A program made the position numbers and the translations under genes. From Gammaproteobacteria bacterium (lineage in GTDB: Bacteria; Pseudomonadota; Gammaproteobacteria; Acidiferrobacterales; Sulfurifustaceae), in NCBI GenBank assembly GCA_046565865.1, contig JBKHXU010000025.1, positions 1 through 55,418 of the forward strand: a DNA stretch of 55,418 nucleotides, read 5' to 3'. Numbering within the stretch: position 1 is the first letter of the stretch; each line of letters opens with the position of its first letter. Below, in pieces: positions 1 through 9,261 of the stretch. The notes under the pieces were generated by a model that saw only the letters and a list, made by a program, of their open reading frames with translations, did not search any database and was not told the origin of the DNA.

Positions 1-39
1 GGCGGCACGTTAACGCTATATGTCATGAGGATAAAACCA

Positions 40-684
40 ATGAAACACATCGCAGCACTGATCGCCGCCGGTTCGTTCGCGGTGGCTTCGTCGGCGTTCG
101 CCGGTGAATACGAAATTACCGTAACGAATCTCACGCGCGGGCAATCGTTTACGCCGATCCTGGTGGCGACGCATAAACCCGGTGTCACGCTGTTTTCCGA
201 AGGCCAGCCGGCCAGTCCGGAGCTCGCCGCGATGGCAGAAGGTGGTGATACCGGTCCGCTCACGGGTCTGCTGCAGGCGAACTCCAGGGTGTATAACGTA
301 ACGACCATCCCGGGGCGACTCGCCCCCGGCGCATCGGTAACCGTGCGTGTCGATATGGACGACGACTACAACCGTCTCACCTTGGGCGCGATGTTGATTC
401 CGACCAACGATGGTTTCTTCGCGTTCGAAGAGGTCCGCGGTCCCGGTCGACGAAATATGGTTTCGTACGAATCGCCGGCCTACGACGCGGGCAGCGAGCC
501 CAACGATGAGCAGTGTGTCAACATACCGGGCCCGGTCTGCGGCGGTGCAGGCGGTTCACCGGATACCGGCGGCGAAGGCTACGTGCACATCCACGCCGGC
601 ATCCACGGCATCGGCGATCTCGTCGCCGCTGACCGTGACTGGCGCAATCCCGTGGCCAAGGTCGTTATCAAGCGCGTTGACTGA
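40..684 (+). CDS. secreted spondin_N-like domain protein
   Basis: ORF 25..684. The internal ATG at 40 is preceded by GAGGA (27-31). Signal-peptide-like N-terminus (AALIAAGSFAVASSAFA). Motifs NLTRGQSFTP..ATH and MLIPTNDGF recall bacterial Spondin_N proteins, from memory. Confidence 0.65.
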   Translation: MKHIAALIAAGSFAVASSAFAGEYEITVTNLTRGQSFTPILVATHKPGVTLFSEGQPASPELAAMAEGGDTGPLTGLLQANSRVYNVTTIPGRLAPGASVTVRVDMDDDYNRLTLGAMLIPTNDGFFAFEEVRGPGRRNMVSYESPAYDAGSEPNDEQCVNIPGPVCGGAGGSPDTGGEGYVHIHAGIHGIGDLVAADRDWRNPVAKVVIKRVD

Positions 685-719
685 TATCGACGCATCCGCG
701 TCGCATGGTAAAAGTCTGA

Positions 720-748
720 AACGGCAGGCTCGCCTGCCGTTTTCTTTT
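720..748 (+). terminator. Rho-independent terminator after the spondin_N-like gene
   Basis: AACGGCAGGC / GCCTGCCGTT are perfect reverse complements (720-741), followed by TTCTTTTG. Confidence 0.85.
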
Positions 749-1241
749 GCACCCGGCCGGAATAACGCCGTGTTTTGACGGAGGCGGGTAGTTGCCACTA
801 CAAGTGCGTTTATCATTCGGGAGCGCAAGCGCGCCGAATGATGCAAACTAGTGCGCCTTTTCGAGAATCGCCTCGCGAGTTCATCCTCAATACCCGTGAC
901 TATCGGCAATTTGCAAGAAGGCATTCGGCGTATATATGCACCACACGCCCGCTGCCGCCCTTGGCCGCGGGCAGACTGACGACATTGGTCTAAAGCGCAC
1001 GTCGCATTACGCCTGGCGCCGGACTCTAGCGAGCAGCGTGCTGCTGGTCAGGGCGACGTGCATTGTGGTGCTCGCTTTGGTTCCGGTTGCGAAGGCAGCA
1101 GCCGCGGGGGCGACGCTTGGTTCGGTTCGGACAGTGGCGGAGGTCTTTCCGATTCGAGCGGTTCGTCGTGACGGCCTGATAGGCGTTGCCGGTCCAATGC
1201 AGTAACGTAGCACTTCGAACCAATCCCAGAGGCAACGCACA

Positions 1242-1712
1242 ATGAAATACCGATTCGCGATCTTTCAGGTGTTAGGCGTAGTGGTGGCGTCTGGTCTGCT
1301 GCTGGCGGCGGCGGCCGTATCGGCGCAGGAACAGCCGCTTACGCGCACCGCAAAGGATCCGTCACTTAAATGGAGCTCGTGTCCCGAGTTCATGCCGAAG
1401 GGTTGCCAGATCGCCGTGCTGCATGGGGATCCATCGAAAGAGAACGCCGACATCCTATTCAAGGTGCCGGCCAACGCCACGATTCCCCGCCACTGGCATA
1501 CATCGGCCGAGCGCATCGTGTCGCTGGCCGGTGAACTGCAAGTGACCTACGACGGCCAGAAGCCCACGACGCTAAAGCCTGGCACGTACGCCTACGGCCC
1601 CGCCAAGCTGCCGCATAGCGCCAAGTGTTCCAAGGCGGGCGAGTGCATTCTTTTTATCGCGTTCGAAACGCCCGTGGACGCAGTGGCAAACGGAGATACG
1701 CCGAAGAAGTGA
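1242..1712 (+). CDS. secreted cupin-domain protein
   Basis: Signal peptide (VVVASGLLLAAAAVSAQE). Cupin-type His motif (IPRHWHTSAERIV ... GTYAYGPAKLPHSA). Confidence 0.6.
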   Translation: MKYRFAIFQVLGVVVASGLLLAAAAVSAQEQPLTRTAKDPSLKWSSCPEFMPKGCQIAVLHGDPSKENADILFKVPANATIPRHWHTSAERIVSLAGELQVTYDGQKPTTLKPGTYAYGPAKLPHSAKCSKAGECILFIAFETPVDAVANGDTPKK

Positions 1713-1929
1713 AGCGAGTCCGCGACACCGTTGACCTTGTGCACGTCGCGGGCATTGCCGAAAGCGGCATTTCGCTGCTGCAGCGAATCGCGAACGTGAA
1801 ACGGGATCGTGTGAATTGCGAACTCGTAACGTCGCAGTTGCGTGACGACCGTCCTTGCGAGGCGCGGAAACAGTTTGGTATGTTGGCGCGTTTCGTCCGT
1901 AAGGGCGATCGTGCAACAAGGAGATAACC

Positions 1930-2550
1930 ATGTCCCGAGCGCGGGAGGTCAGTCTCGCCGGCAAGGCCATACACCCCAATCAGCACGTCTGCGCATTTTT
2001 CAGCAGTAAGGAAGAAGAGTACCGCGTGCTGATGCCCTTCATTAAGGAGGGGTTTGAGCGCGGGGAGCGCGCGTTTCACGTCGTGGATCCGGATCATCGC
2101 GCCACGCATCTTAAGCGTCTCGGCGATGCCGGCATCCCGGTGGAGGAGGCCGAGCGCCGCGGTCAGCTCGAGGTGCTTCGCTGGCAGGAGGCATATCTAC
2201 GCGACGGGCATTTCGAGCAGGAGCGCATGATCGCGCTCATTCAGGAGGTGCTGCGCCGAGGCAAGTCGGAGGGTTTTCCGTTAACGCGCCTCGTGGCCAA
2301 CATGGAATGGGCGCTTGAAGATCGGCCCGGTGTGGACGACATCGTGGAGTACGAGAGCCGGCTCAACTACGTGTTGCCGCAGTATGACGACGTGGTGGTA
2401 TGCACCTACGACCTCGCCAAGTTCGACGCCACGGTGGTTATGGATATCATGCGCACGCATCCGATGGTCATCATCGGCGGCATCCTGCAGGAGAATCCGT
2501 TCTACGCGCCACCCGATGAGTTTATCAAGGAGCTGCACGAGCGCCAGTGA
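1930..2550 (+). CDS. MEDS-domain (DcmR-like sensory) protein
   Basis: AGGAG Shine-Dalgarno before the ATG. Sequence HVCAFFSSKEEEYRVLMPFIKEGFERGERAF ... VVCTYDL ... THPMVIIGG matches my memory of the MEDS family. Its stop overlaps the kinase start (GTGA). Confidence 0.65.
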   Translation: MSRAREVSLAGKAIHPNQHVCAFFSSKEEEYRVLMPFIKEGFERGERAFHVVDPDHRATHLKRLGDAGIPVEEAERRGQLEVLRWQEAYLRDGHFEQERMIALIQEVLRRGKSEGFPLTRLVANMEWALEDRPGVDDIVEYESRLNYVLPQYDDVVVCTYDLAKFDATVVMDIMRTHPMVIIGGILQENPFYAPPDEFIKELHERQ

Positions 2551-4736
2551 ACGCGCTCGATAACGCGCAAGCGGCTGCCGCTGCGCCCGAGCTGGAAGCG
2601 GAGGCCGTGGTGCTGCGACGCTGCTTGCGCGATCTGGTCGCGTTGTCGACGTTGCCGGCGGCGTGGATGCATTCGGCGCCGCTCGGAATCGTTGAGAGCC
2701 TTGCCGAAGTCGTATTGCGCATTCTCAAGCTCGATCTTGCCTACGTGCGAGTGCCACAAATCGGCGGGGCGAAGCTTGAGGCGGGCTGTACGCGACGCAG
2801 CGCCACGCGGCGCGGTGGTGGTGTAGAGCTGGGGCGCAGGCTCGAGGCGGAGCTTGGCTTCGACGGCTTTGATCTGCCGCGCACAATCGTCGATCCCGAT
2901 GATGGGGTTCCGCTTCGCGTGGGCCTAGCGGCGGTTGGGCATGATCGCGTCTGCGGGTGGCTGGTGGCGGCATCGCGCCGTCCCAGTTTTCCGACCGGCG
3001 ACGAACAGCTACTGCTCAATGTCGCCGCCAACCAGCTGGCAATGGTGCTGCAGCGCAGGTCCGCCGAGGATCTGTTGCGCGAAGAGGCGGAAACACTCGA
3101 AACGTTAAACCGCATCGGCGTAACACTCGCCGCTGAGTTCAGCCTCGAGCGCGTCGTGCAGCAGGTGACCGATGCCGCGACGCAGCTATCGGGCGCGCAG
3201 TTCGGCGCGTTTTTCTATAACGTCAAAAACGAGAACGGCGAGTCCTATCAGCTCTATACGTTGTCGGGGGCGGCGCGCGAGTCGTTTGCCAAGTTTCCGA
3301 TGCCACGCAACACCGCCGTGTTCGCGCCCACCTTTGCGGGCACCGCCATCGTGCGCTCCGATGACATCCGCAAAGACCCACGCTACGGCAACAACCGCCC
3401 GCACCACGGGCCGCCCGAGGGCCACTTGCCCGTGGTGAGTTATCTCGCTGTCCCCGTGGTGTCGCGCTCCAAGGAAGTAATCGGCGGTCTGTTCTTCGGC
3501 CATTCACAGCCGGGCATGTTCACGGAGCGAGAGGAGCGTCTGGTCGCCGGTATCGCGGCGCAGGCGGCGATCGCCATCGATAACGCGCGCCTCTACGAGC
3601 GCCTGCGCGACAGCGCGGAGCGTCTTGCCGAATCCGATCGGCGCAAGGACGAATTCCTGGCCACGCTCGCGCATGAGCTGCGCAACCCGCTGGCGCCGAT
3701 GCGCAACGCACTCAAGCTTATGCAGCTCGCGCCCGGCCGTCCCGAGGTCGGTGCCCAGGCCGAGGCGTTGATCGGGCGTCAACTGGACCATCTCCTGCGG
3801 CTGGTGGACGATCTGCTGGACCTGAGTCGCATCAGTCTCGGCAAAATCGAGCTGCACCGCGCCCGCGTCGATCTCGCCGAAGTAATGCAAAGCGCGATCG
3901 AGACCGCGCAGCCGCATATCGAGCAGTCGGGTCATACGCTCGATGTTTCCTTACCGACAGGCTCAGTCGTGGTCGAAGGTGACGCGATGCGCCTGGCTCA
4001 AGTGTTCGCCAATCTGCTCAACAATGCCTCCAAATACACCGCGCGCGGCGGCCGGCTCGCGCTCGTCGCGGAGCGGTATGGCAACGAAGTCGAAGTAGTG
4101 GTGCGCGACAATGGCATCGGTATCCCGTCGGAGATGCTGCCGCGCGTGTTCGATATGTTTACCCAAGCGGACTCCTCGCTCGAAAAGTCGCATGGAGGGC
4201 TTGGTATCGGTCTTACGATCGTCAAGCGTCTGGTCGAGCTACATGGTGGTAACGTCGAGGCGCGCAGCGAGGGTCGCGGCTGTGGCAGCGAGTTCATCGT
4301 GCGCCTGCCGCTTGCCGATTCGGTGTCTCCGGTACAGCCGGCATCAATCCCGGACGGCGCCTCCGCCGTCGCGGGGTCGCGTCGTGTGCTGGTAGTCGAC
4401 GACAACACCGATGCCGCCACGAGTCTGGCGGTTATATTGGAGATGCTCGGTCACGAGGTGAGTGTCGCCGCCGATGGCCCGAGCGCGCTCGCCGTGGCGG
4501 AGTCGTTCGCTCCCGATCTCGTCCTGCTCGACATCGGGTTGCCGGGAATGAACGGTTTCGATGTGTGCCAGCGCATGCGCGCGCAGCCTTGGGGCCGCGG
4601 TGCGATGTTCGTGGCGCTCTCCGGCTGGGGTCAGAACGAGCATAAGCAGCGGGCACGCGCCGCGGGCTTCGACCACTACTTCATCAAGCCGATCGATCCG
4701 GACGAGCTGCAACGGTTGCTCCGGACGATGCGTTGA
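2547..4736 (+). CDS. hybrid sensor histidine kinase (GAF-like + GAF, HisKA, HATPase_c, C-terminal receiver)
   Basis: H-box FLATLAHELRNPL, N-box NLLNNASKYT, G-boxes VRDNGIGI and GGLGIGLTIVKRLVELHGG. Receiver segment RVLVVDDNTD...LVLLDIGLPGMNG...KP. GTG start at 2547 overlaps the upstream TGA. Confidence 0.85.
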   Translation: MNALDNAQAAAAAPELEAEAVVLRRCLRDLVALSTLPAAWMHSAPLGIVESLAEVVLRILKLDLAYVRVPQIGGAKLEAGCTRRSATRRGGGVELGRRLEAELGFDGFDLPRTIVDPDDGVPLRVGLAAVGHDRVCGWLVAASRRPSFPTGDEQLLLNVAANQLAMVLQRRSAEDLLREEAETLETLNRIGVTLAAEFSLERVVQQVTDAATQLSGAQFGAFFYNVKNENGESYQLYTLSGAARESFAKFPMPRNTAVFAPTFAGTAIVRSDDIRKDPRYGNNRPHHGPPEGHLPVVSYLAVPVVSRSKEVIGGLFFGHSQPGMFTEREERLVAGIAAQAAIAIDNARLYERLRDSAERLAESDRRKDEFLATLAHELRNPLAPMRNALKLMQLAPGRPEVGAQAEALIGRQLDHLLRLVDDLLDLSRISLGKIELHRARVDLAEVMQSAIETAQPHIEQSGHTLDVSLPTGSVVVEGDAMRLAQVFANLLNNASKYTARGGRLALVAERYGNEVEVVVRDNGIGIPSEMLPRVFDMFTQADSSLEKSHGGLGIGLTIVKRLVELHGGNVEARSEGRGCGSEFIVRLPLADSVSPVQPASIPDGASAVAGSRRVLVVDDNTDAATSLAVILEMLGHEVSVAADGPSALAVAESFAPDLVLLDIGLPGMNGFDVCQRMRAQPWGRGAMFVALSGWGQNEHKQRARAAGFDHYFIKPIDPDELQRLLRTMR

Positions 4737-4860
4737 TACGGTCTAAACCGTGACGAGCCAGCGCAGTCGCGAAGAGATGGACCGCGGCGGCGTCGCGCTG
4801 CCTCGGACGATCGGGTGGCCGTGAGCCAAGGAACTAGGTCGTTCGTACAATTATAGAAAG

Positions 4861-5403
4861 ATGCCGACGATTCTCTCCCATCCCGCTGTTCCGTTAGCGA
4901 TCGGCATTGCAGCCGGTTCCCGGATTGTCCCCGCGCGCCTGCTATTCGCCGGCATGATTGCTTCGGTTCTTCCCGACCTTGATGTTGTGGCGTTTCGTCT
5001 AGGTATTGGCTACTCGCACGAGTGGGGGCATAGAGGTGCGTCGCATTCGTTGGTTTTCGCTCTTTTGCTCGCTGTGATGGCGCTTGTCGTCGCGCCACGT
5101 TTGCGTATCCGGCCTTGCGTTGCTTTCTCGTTCGTTTTTGCCGCCGCGATTTCGCACGGATTGCTCGATATGCTCACGACCGGCGGGCTCGGTGTGGCGC
5201 TGCTGTGGCCGTTCACGGATGCGCGATTCTTTTTTCCGATACAAGTCATTGAGGTTTCGCCGCTAAGCCTGCGGCGTTTCTTTGGTCAGCCCGGCGTTGC
5301 GGCGCTCACATCTGAGCTGATTTGGATTTGGGCGCCGGCGGTAGTTGCGACTGCCAGTGCGTATGTCATTCGTTACGCTATGGAGACTAGGTGTGGCGAA
5401 TGA
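4861..5403 (+). CDS. YdjM-like membrane-bound metal-dependent hydrolase (DUF457)
   Basis: Multi-TM ORF with LPDLD ... HRGASHSL motifs typical of the YdjM family. Confidence 0.65.
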   Translation: MPTILSHPAVPLAIGIAAGSRIVPARLLFAGMIASVLPDLDVVAFRLGIGYSHEWGHRGASHSLVFALLLAVMALVVAPRLRIRPCVAFSFVFAAAISHGLLDMLTTGGLGVALLWPFTDARFFFPIQVIEVSPLSLRRFFGQPGVAALTSELIWIWAPAVVATASAYVIRYAMETRCGE

Positions 5404-5496
5404 TGCAAATCAAACCGAACGTGCTCAACTGCTACCGACGATAAGCTGCGCCTTCGTGATGAGCCATAGAAAAGCTTTTCAGCGTGCTGTACGGCG

Positions 5497-6057
5497 ATGT
5501 TTAGTGGCATGAGAGTGGACCTTCGTTTCAGTGGACCCATCCTGCTCTTGCCGGGATACCTGAATTCAGGGCCGGCGCACTGGCAGAGCGTGTGGGAAAG
5601 AACCAGCGCCGCGTTCGTGCGCGTATCGCAGCGCGACTGGGAGCGTCCGGTGTGTGCGGAATGGGTCGCGGTTCTCGACGATGCGGTGGCGCGCCATGGT
5701 GCCGGTGCGGTGCTGGTAGCGCATAGCCTCGGTTGTCTCTTGGTCGCACATTGGGCGGCGGTCACGGCGCGCACGGTCAAGGGGGCGCTGTTGGTAGCGC
5801 CGCCAGATCCGCGGAATCCGAACTTCCCCAAAGTCGCGTTGGGTTTTACGCCGGTGCCCGATCGGCCGTTTGGATTTCCCAGCACTTTAGTGGCGAGTGA
5901 GAATGATCCGTACGCCGACCTTGAATATACTGAACGTTGCGCCGCTTCCTGGGGCAGTCGTTTTATCAACGCCGGGCGACTCGGTCACATCAACGCTGAC
6001 AGCGGTCTGGGAGCGTGGCGCGAGGGCATGGCGCTGTTGCAACAGCTCACCGCGTGA
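5497..6057 (+). CDS. alpha/beta serine hydrolase, YdeN/RBBP9-like
   Basis: LLLPGY.NSGPAHWQ N-terminal motif and nucleophile elbow AHSLG. The start could instead be the ATG at 5509. Confidence 0.6.
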   Translation: MFSGMRVDLRFSGPILLLPGYLNSGPAHWQSVWERTSAAFVRVSQRDWERPVCAEWVAVLDDAVARHGAGAVLVAHSLGCLLVAHWAAVTARTVKGALLVAPPDPRNPNFPKVALGFTPVPDRPFGFPSTLVASENDPYADLEYTERCAASWGSRFINAGRLGHINADSGLGAWREGMALLQQLTA

Positions 6058-6091
6058 GCACGGGCTGCCGTTTCGAAAGTAGTCTGTAGCG

Positions 6092-6111
6092 CTTCGTTTG
6101 TACGAAGTTTT
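6092..6111 (+). terminator. weak hairpin terminator
   Basis: CTTCGT-ttgt-ACGAAG followed by TTTT, 35 nt after the stop at 6057. The stem is short and AT-rich. Confidence 0.35.
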
Positions 6112-6285
6112 CCGGACGTCGTTTAGTGTGCCGCGCCGGGCAGGACGGTCGCTTCAAACCCGCCAGTCGTTGTCGATGCAGACACCGCGTGCATGCGTTT
6201 ATTCCCTCGCCGGAAATTTTTTCATCGGTCTATAATCGCTGGCCGTTGATCCCTATGAACCCCCGTTGCCGCCCCTATCCGCACA

Positions 6286-7902
6286 ATGCTCCGGCTGACT
6301 GAAATTCGGCTTCGCCTGGACCATGCTCCGGCCGAGCTGATGGCCGCCATCGCGCGCACGCTTGGCGTTGCGGAAGCGGACATCGTTTCGCGTCGTGTCC
6401 GTCGCCGCGGTTACGATGCGCGCAAGCCGCGCGAGGTCGTGTTCGTTTATACCGTGGACGTGGAAGTCAGAGACGAAGCGGCGGTATTGCAGCGGCTGCG
6501 ACACAATCGCCATGTCGCCAAGGCCCCGGATGAGAACTATCGCTATCCGCTTCGCGCTTCGGGGGTCGGCGCGACAAGGCCGGTCGTCATCGGCACCGGG
6601 CCGTGCGGGATCTTCGCCGGACTGTCTTTGGCGCGCATGGGGTTGAAGCCGCTTATACTCGAACGCGGCAAGATCGTGCGCCAGCGCACCAAGGACGTTT
6701 GGGGATTCTGGCGCAAGCGGCGGTTCAATCCGTTGTCCAACGTGCAATTCGGCGAGGGCGGGGCGGGGACGTTTTCCGACGGCAAGCTGCACACCGGGAT
6801 TAAGGATCGCGGACACTACATCCGGAAGATATTGCAGGACTTCGTCGACTGCGGCGCGCCCGAAGAGATCATCTACATAAGCAAACCGCACATCGGCACG
6901 TTGCGGCTGGTGAAGGTCGTCGAAAATCTGCGGCATGAGATCGAAAAGGCGGGTGGCGAGATTCGATTCGACAGCCACGTAACCGATCTCGTCATTGAGG
7001 ACGGCGCCGTGCGGGGCGTGGTCTTGGCGAGCGGGGATCGGATCGCAGCCGATCACGTCGTCCTCGCGGTCGGCCACAGCGCGCGCGATACGTTCGAGAT
7101 GCTGCATCGACATGGCGTAGCGATCGAGCCCAAAGCGTTTTCCATCGGCTTTCGCATCGAGCACCCGCAGGCGTTGATCGACGCCTGTCGCCTGGGGCCT
7201 TATGCGGCGCATCCGGCGCTGGGTGCCGCGGATTACAAACTGGTGCACCACTGCGCCAACGGGCGTTCGGTGTACAGCTTCTGCATGTGCCCGGGCGGGC
7301 AGGTCGTCGCGGCGACGTCGGAGGAGGGGCTCGTCGTCACCAACGGCATGAGCCACTACTCTCGCAACGAGCGCAATGCCAACGCCGGCATCGTTGTCGG
7401 TATCACGCCACAAGATTTCGGCAGCGACCACCCGCTCGCCGGAATCGCGCTGCAACGGAAACTCGAACAGACCGCGTTTGAGTTGGGCGGCAAGAACTAC
7501 AACGCACCGGCGCAGCTCGTCGGCGATTTTCTCGCCGGCCGCATCTCGTCCAAGCTCGGTTCGGTGTCGCCGTCGTACACCCCGGGTGTGACACTCACCG
7601 ATTTGCGCCAAGCGCTGCCCGATTACGCCATCGGCGCCATCCGCGAGGCGATTCCCGCGTTCGATAAAACAATCAAAGGCTTCGCCCTGAAGGACGCCGT
7701 CCTCACCGCCGTCGAAACCCGAACCTCGTCGCCGATCCGCATTACCCGCAACGATAATTACGAGAGCGTGAACACCAAAGGCCTATACCCCGCGGGCGAG
7801 GGCGCGGGTTTCGCGGGCGGAATTATCTCGGCTGCGGTGGAAGGAATGAAGGTCGCAGAGGCCGTGGCGACCAACATTGTCTGCCGGGTGGAGGTGGCAT
7901 AA
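6286..7902 (+). CDS. NAD(P)/FAD-dependent oxidoreductase (COG2509-like)
   Basis: 538 aa. N-terminal RNA-binding-like segment followed by the dinucleotide motif VVIGTGPCG. C-terminal GLYPAGEGAGFAGGI motif typical of this family. Confidence 0.8.
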   Translation: MLRLTEIRLRLDHAPAELMAAIARTLGVAEADIVSRRVRRRGYDARKPREVVFVYTVDVEVRDEAAVLQRLRHNRHVAKAPDENYRYPLRASGVGATRPVVIGTGPCGIFAGLSLARMGLKPLILERGKIVRQRTKDVWGFWRKRRFNPLSNVQFGEGGAGTFSDGKLHTGIKDRGHYIRKILQDFVDCGAPEEIIYISKPHIGTLRLVKVVENLRHEIEKAGGEIRFDSHVTDLVIEDGAVRGVVLASGDRIAADHVVLAVGHSARDTFEMLHRHGVAIEPKAFSIGFRIEHPQALIDACRLGPYAAHPALGAADYKLVHHCANGRSVYSFCMCPGGQVVAATSEEGLVVTNGMSHYSRNERNANAGIVVGITPQDFGSDHPLAGIALQRKLEQTAFELGGKNYNAPAQLVGDFLAGRISSKLGSVSPSYTPGVTLTDLRQALPDYAIGAIREAIPAFDKTIKGFALKDAVLTAVETRTSSPIRITRNDNYESVNTKGLYPAGEGAGFAGGIISAAVEGMKVAEAVATNIVCRVEVA

Positions 7903-7933
7903 CGTGCGCGCGCCTGGGTCAAAAGGCCGATCG

Positions 7934-7967
7934 TGGCAGAATCTGGAAACCCGTCGGGGTTCTGCCA
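7934..7967 (+). terminator. stem-loop downstream of the oxidoreductase gene
   Basis: TGGCAGAA (7934-7941) pairs with TTCTGCCA (7960-7967). No clear T-run, so it may only be a stabilising hairpin. Confidence 0.3.
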
Positions 7968-8001
7968 TGCTTAGCGATAACTGTCACGCGGGAGGTAAGA
8001 A

Positions 8002-8379
8002 ATGAGTGCGAACTCGATCAATGTGGTTCGGATTGGATTGGCGGTGGTAGTCGCGGGTGGCATTTTGAGTGGTTGCTCGATTCTCAATACCGCCAGCGAA
8101 GGCATCGGTAGTGTTACCGACACCATCAGCAGCACGACGTCCGACGAAAGATCGGCGGCGTTCGTCGACAAGCGCTTCGCGGCGATACGCGCGCAGGCGG
8201 CGCGCGGCGAGGGCGAGGATCTGGATTCGCTCGCCACGTTGCGCGGCGAAACCGACCGTGCGGCGTTCGCCCGTTTTATGAAGGAGCGCTATGGCGATCT
8301 CTTCACCGGACTTGAGCGGCCGCGCGAACTCCTGGTGCGGCTGGATCGCTTCCGCGGTCGTAACATGCAGGGTACCTAG
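8002..8379 (+). CDS. lipoprotein of unknown function
   Basis: GGAGG before the ATG. Lipobox ILSGC. The segment FVDKRFAAIRAQAARGEGEDLDSLATL faintly recalls DUF3015 (tentative). Confidence 0.55.
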   Translation: MSANSINVVRIGLAVVVAGGILSGCSILNTASEGIGSVTDTISSTTSDERSAAFVDKRFAAIRAQAARGEGEDLDSLATLRGETDRAAFARFMKERYGDLFTGLERPRELLVRLDRFRGRNMQGT

Positions 8380-8402
8380 TAGTCACACAAAAGGATGCCG
8401 TA

Positions 8403-8840
8403 ATGAAACATCTCTTTCGTATCGCCCTGACCACGGCGCTGTGTCTAGGTTTGGCGTTGCCGACCTTTGGCGCAGAAGTAACGGTTTACAAGAGCGCGAC
8501 GTGCGGATGCTGCAAGGAATGGATCAAGCACTTGCAGGCCAATGGCTTTAGCGTCACGGCGCACGACGTCACCGATCTCGCGCGCTACAAAAGCGCCAAT
8601 GGCGTGCCGGCGCCGCTCGGCTCGTGTCACACCGCTACGGTAGGTGGCTACGTGATCGAGGGCCACGTACCGGCGGCTGACGTGAAGCGGCTGCTCAAAG
8701 AGCGTCCGCCCGTGCGTGGCTTAGCGGTGCCGGGGATGCCGATCGGTTCTCCCGGCATGGAGCAAGGCGCGCACAAGGAGCGTTACGACGTATTGACCTT
8801 CGACAAGGACGGCAAGACGTCCGTGTACTCGCGGCACTAG
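8403..8840 (+). CDS. DUF411 / CopG-like periplasmic metal-binding protein
   Basis: Signal peptide. CGCC motif (SATCGCCKEW) and CHT..GGYVIEGHVP typical of DUF411. Confidence 0.75.
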   Translation: MKHLFRIALTTALCLGLALPTFGAEVTVYKSATCGCCKEWIKHLQANGFSVTAHDVTDLARYKSANGVPAPLGSCHTATVGGYVIEGHVPAADVKRLLKERPPVRGLAVPGMPIGSPGMEQGAHKERYDVLTFDKDGKTSVYSRH

Positions 8841-8884
8841 CGGCGCCATGGTTTGAAGCGCCCAAGCACCAAGTCGCCGCGCAA

Positions 8885-9235
8885 ATGTGGGAGTACATCG
8901 GAAAAGTTTCAGTCACCGTCGCGGTCGTCATCGCCGTCGCCGAGATCGGCAAGCGCAGTTCGTTATGGGGCGCCGTGTTGGCGTCTCTGCCGCTGACCTC
9001 GCTGCTGGCATTCGTGTGGCTCTACGTTGATACCGGTAGCACCGAAACCGTCGCCAATCTGTCGCGCGATATCTTTTGGCTGGTGCTGGCTTCGTTGCCG
9101 CTATTTTTGGTCCTGCCGGCGCTGCTGCGCGCCGGCGTCTCGTTTTGGCCGAGCCTTGGCGCGGCCTGCGTAGCGATGGTCGCCGCCTATTTTGGTTTGG
9201 TGTGGTTGTTGGGTCGCGTCGGCGTGCGCTTGTAG
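8885..9235 (+). CDS. DUF3147-like small membrane protein
   Basis: 116 aa with 4 predicted TM segments. N-terminus MWEYIGKV..AVAEIGKRS resembles DUF3147, from memory. Confidence 0.55.
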   Translation: MWEYIGKVSVTVAVVIAVAEIGKRSSLWGAVLASLPLTSLLAFVWLYVDTGSTETVANLSRDIFWLVLASLPLFLVLPALLRAGVSFWPSLGAACVAMVAAYFGLVWLLGRVGVRL

Positions 9236-9261
9236 CGGTTGCCGGCGGGACGCCGTCGCCA

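Noticed and set aside
1625-1927. 100 aa ORF filling the cupin-MEDS spacer.
   Set aside because: It starts inside the cupin gene in another frame, has an Arg-rich low-complexity composition, and has no Shine-Dalgarno. The spacer is more likely a promoter/leader for the MEDS-kinase pair.
5469-5480. Perfect 12 bp palindrome GAAAAGCTTTTC upstream of the YdeN-like gene.
   Set aside because: A single short AT-rich palindrome with no second copy or partner regulator in the window. It cannot be distinguished from chance.
6253-7611. 452 aa ORF antisense to the FAD oxidoreductase gene. Similar long mirror ORFs occur at 32788..33750, 41858..43138, 44587..45915 and 46987..47985.
   Set aside because: Arg/Ala/Gly/Pro-rich composition with no recognisable motifs, each fully overlapped by a sense-strand gene with clear family motifs. 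These are the usual stop-poor antisense frames of GC-rich coding DNA.
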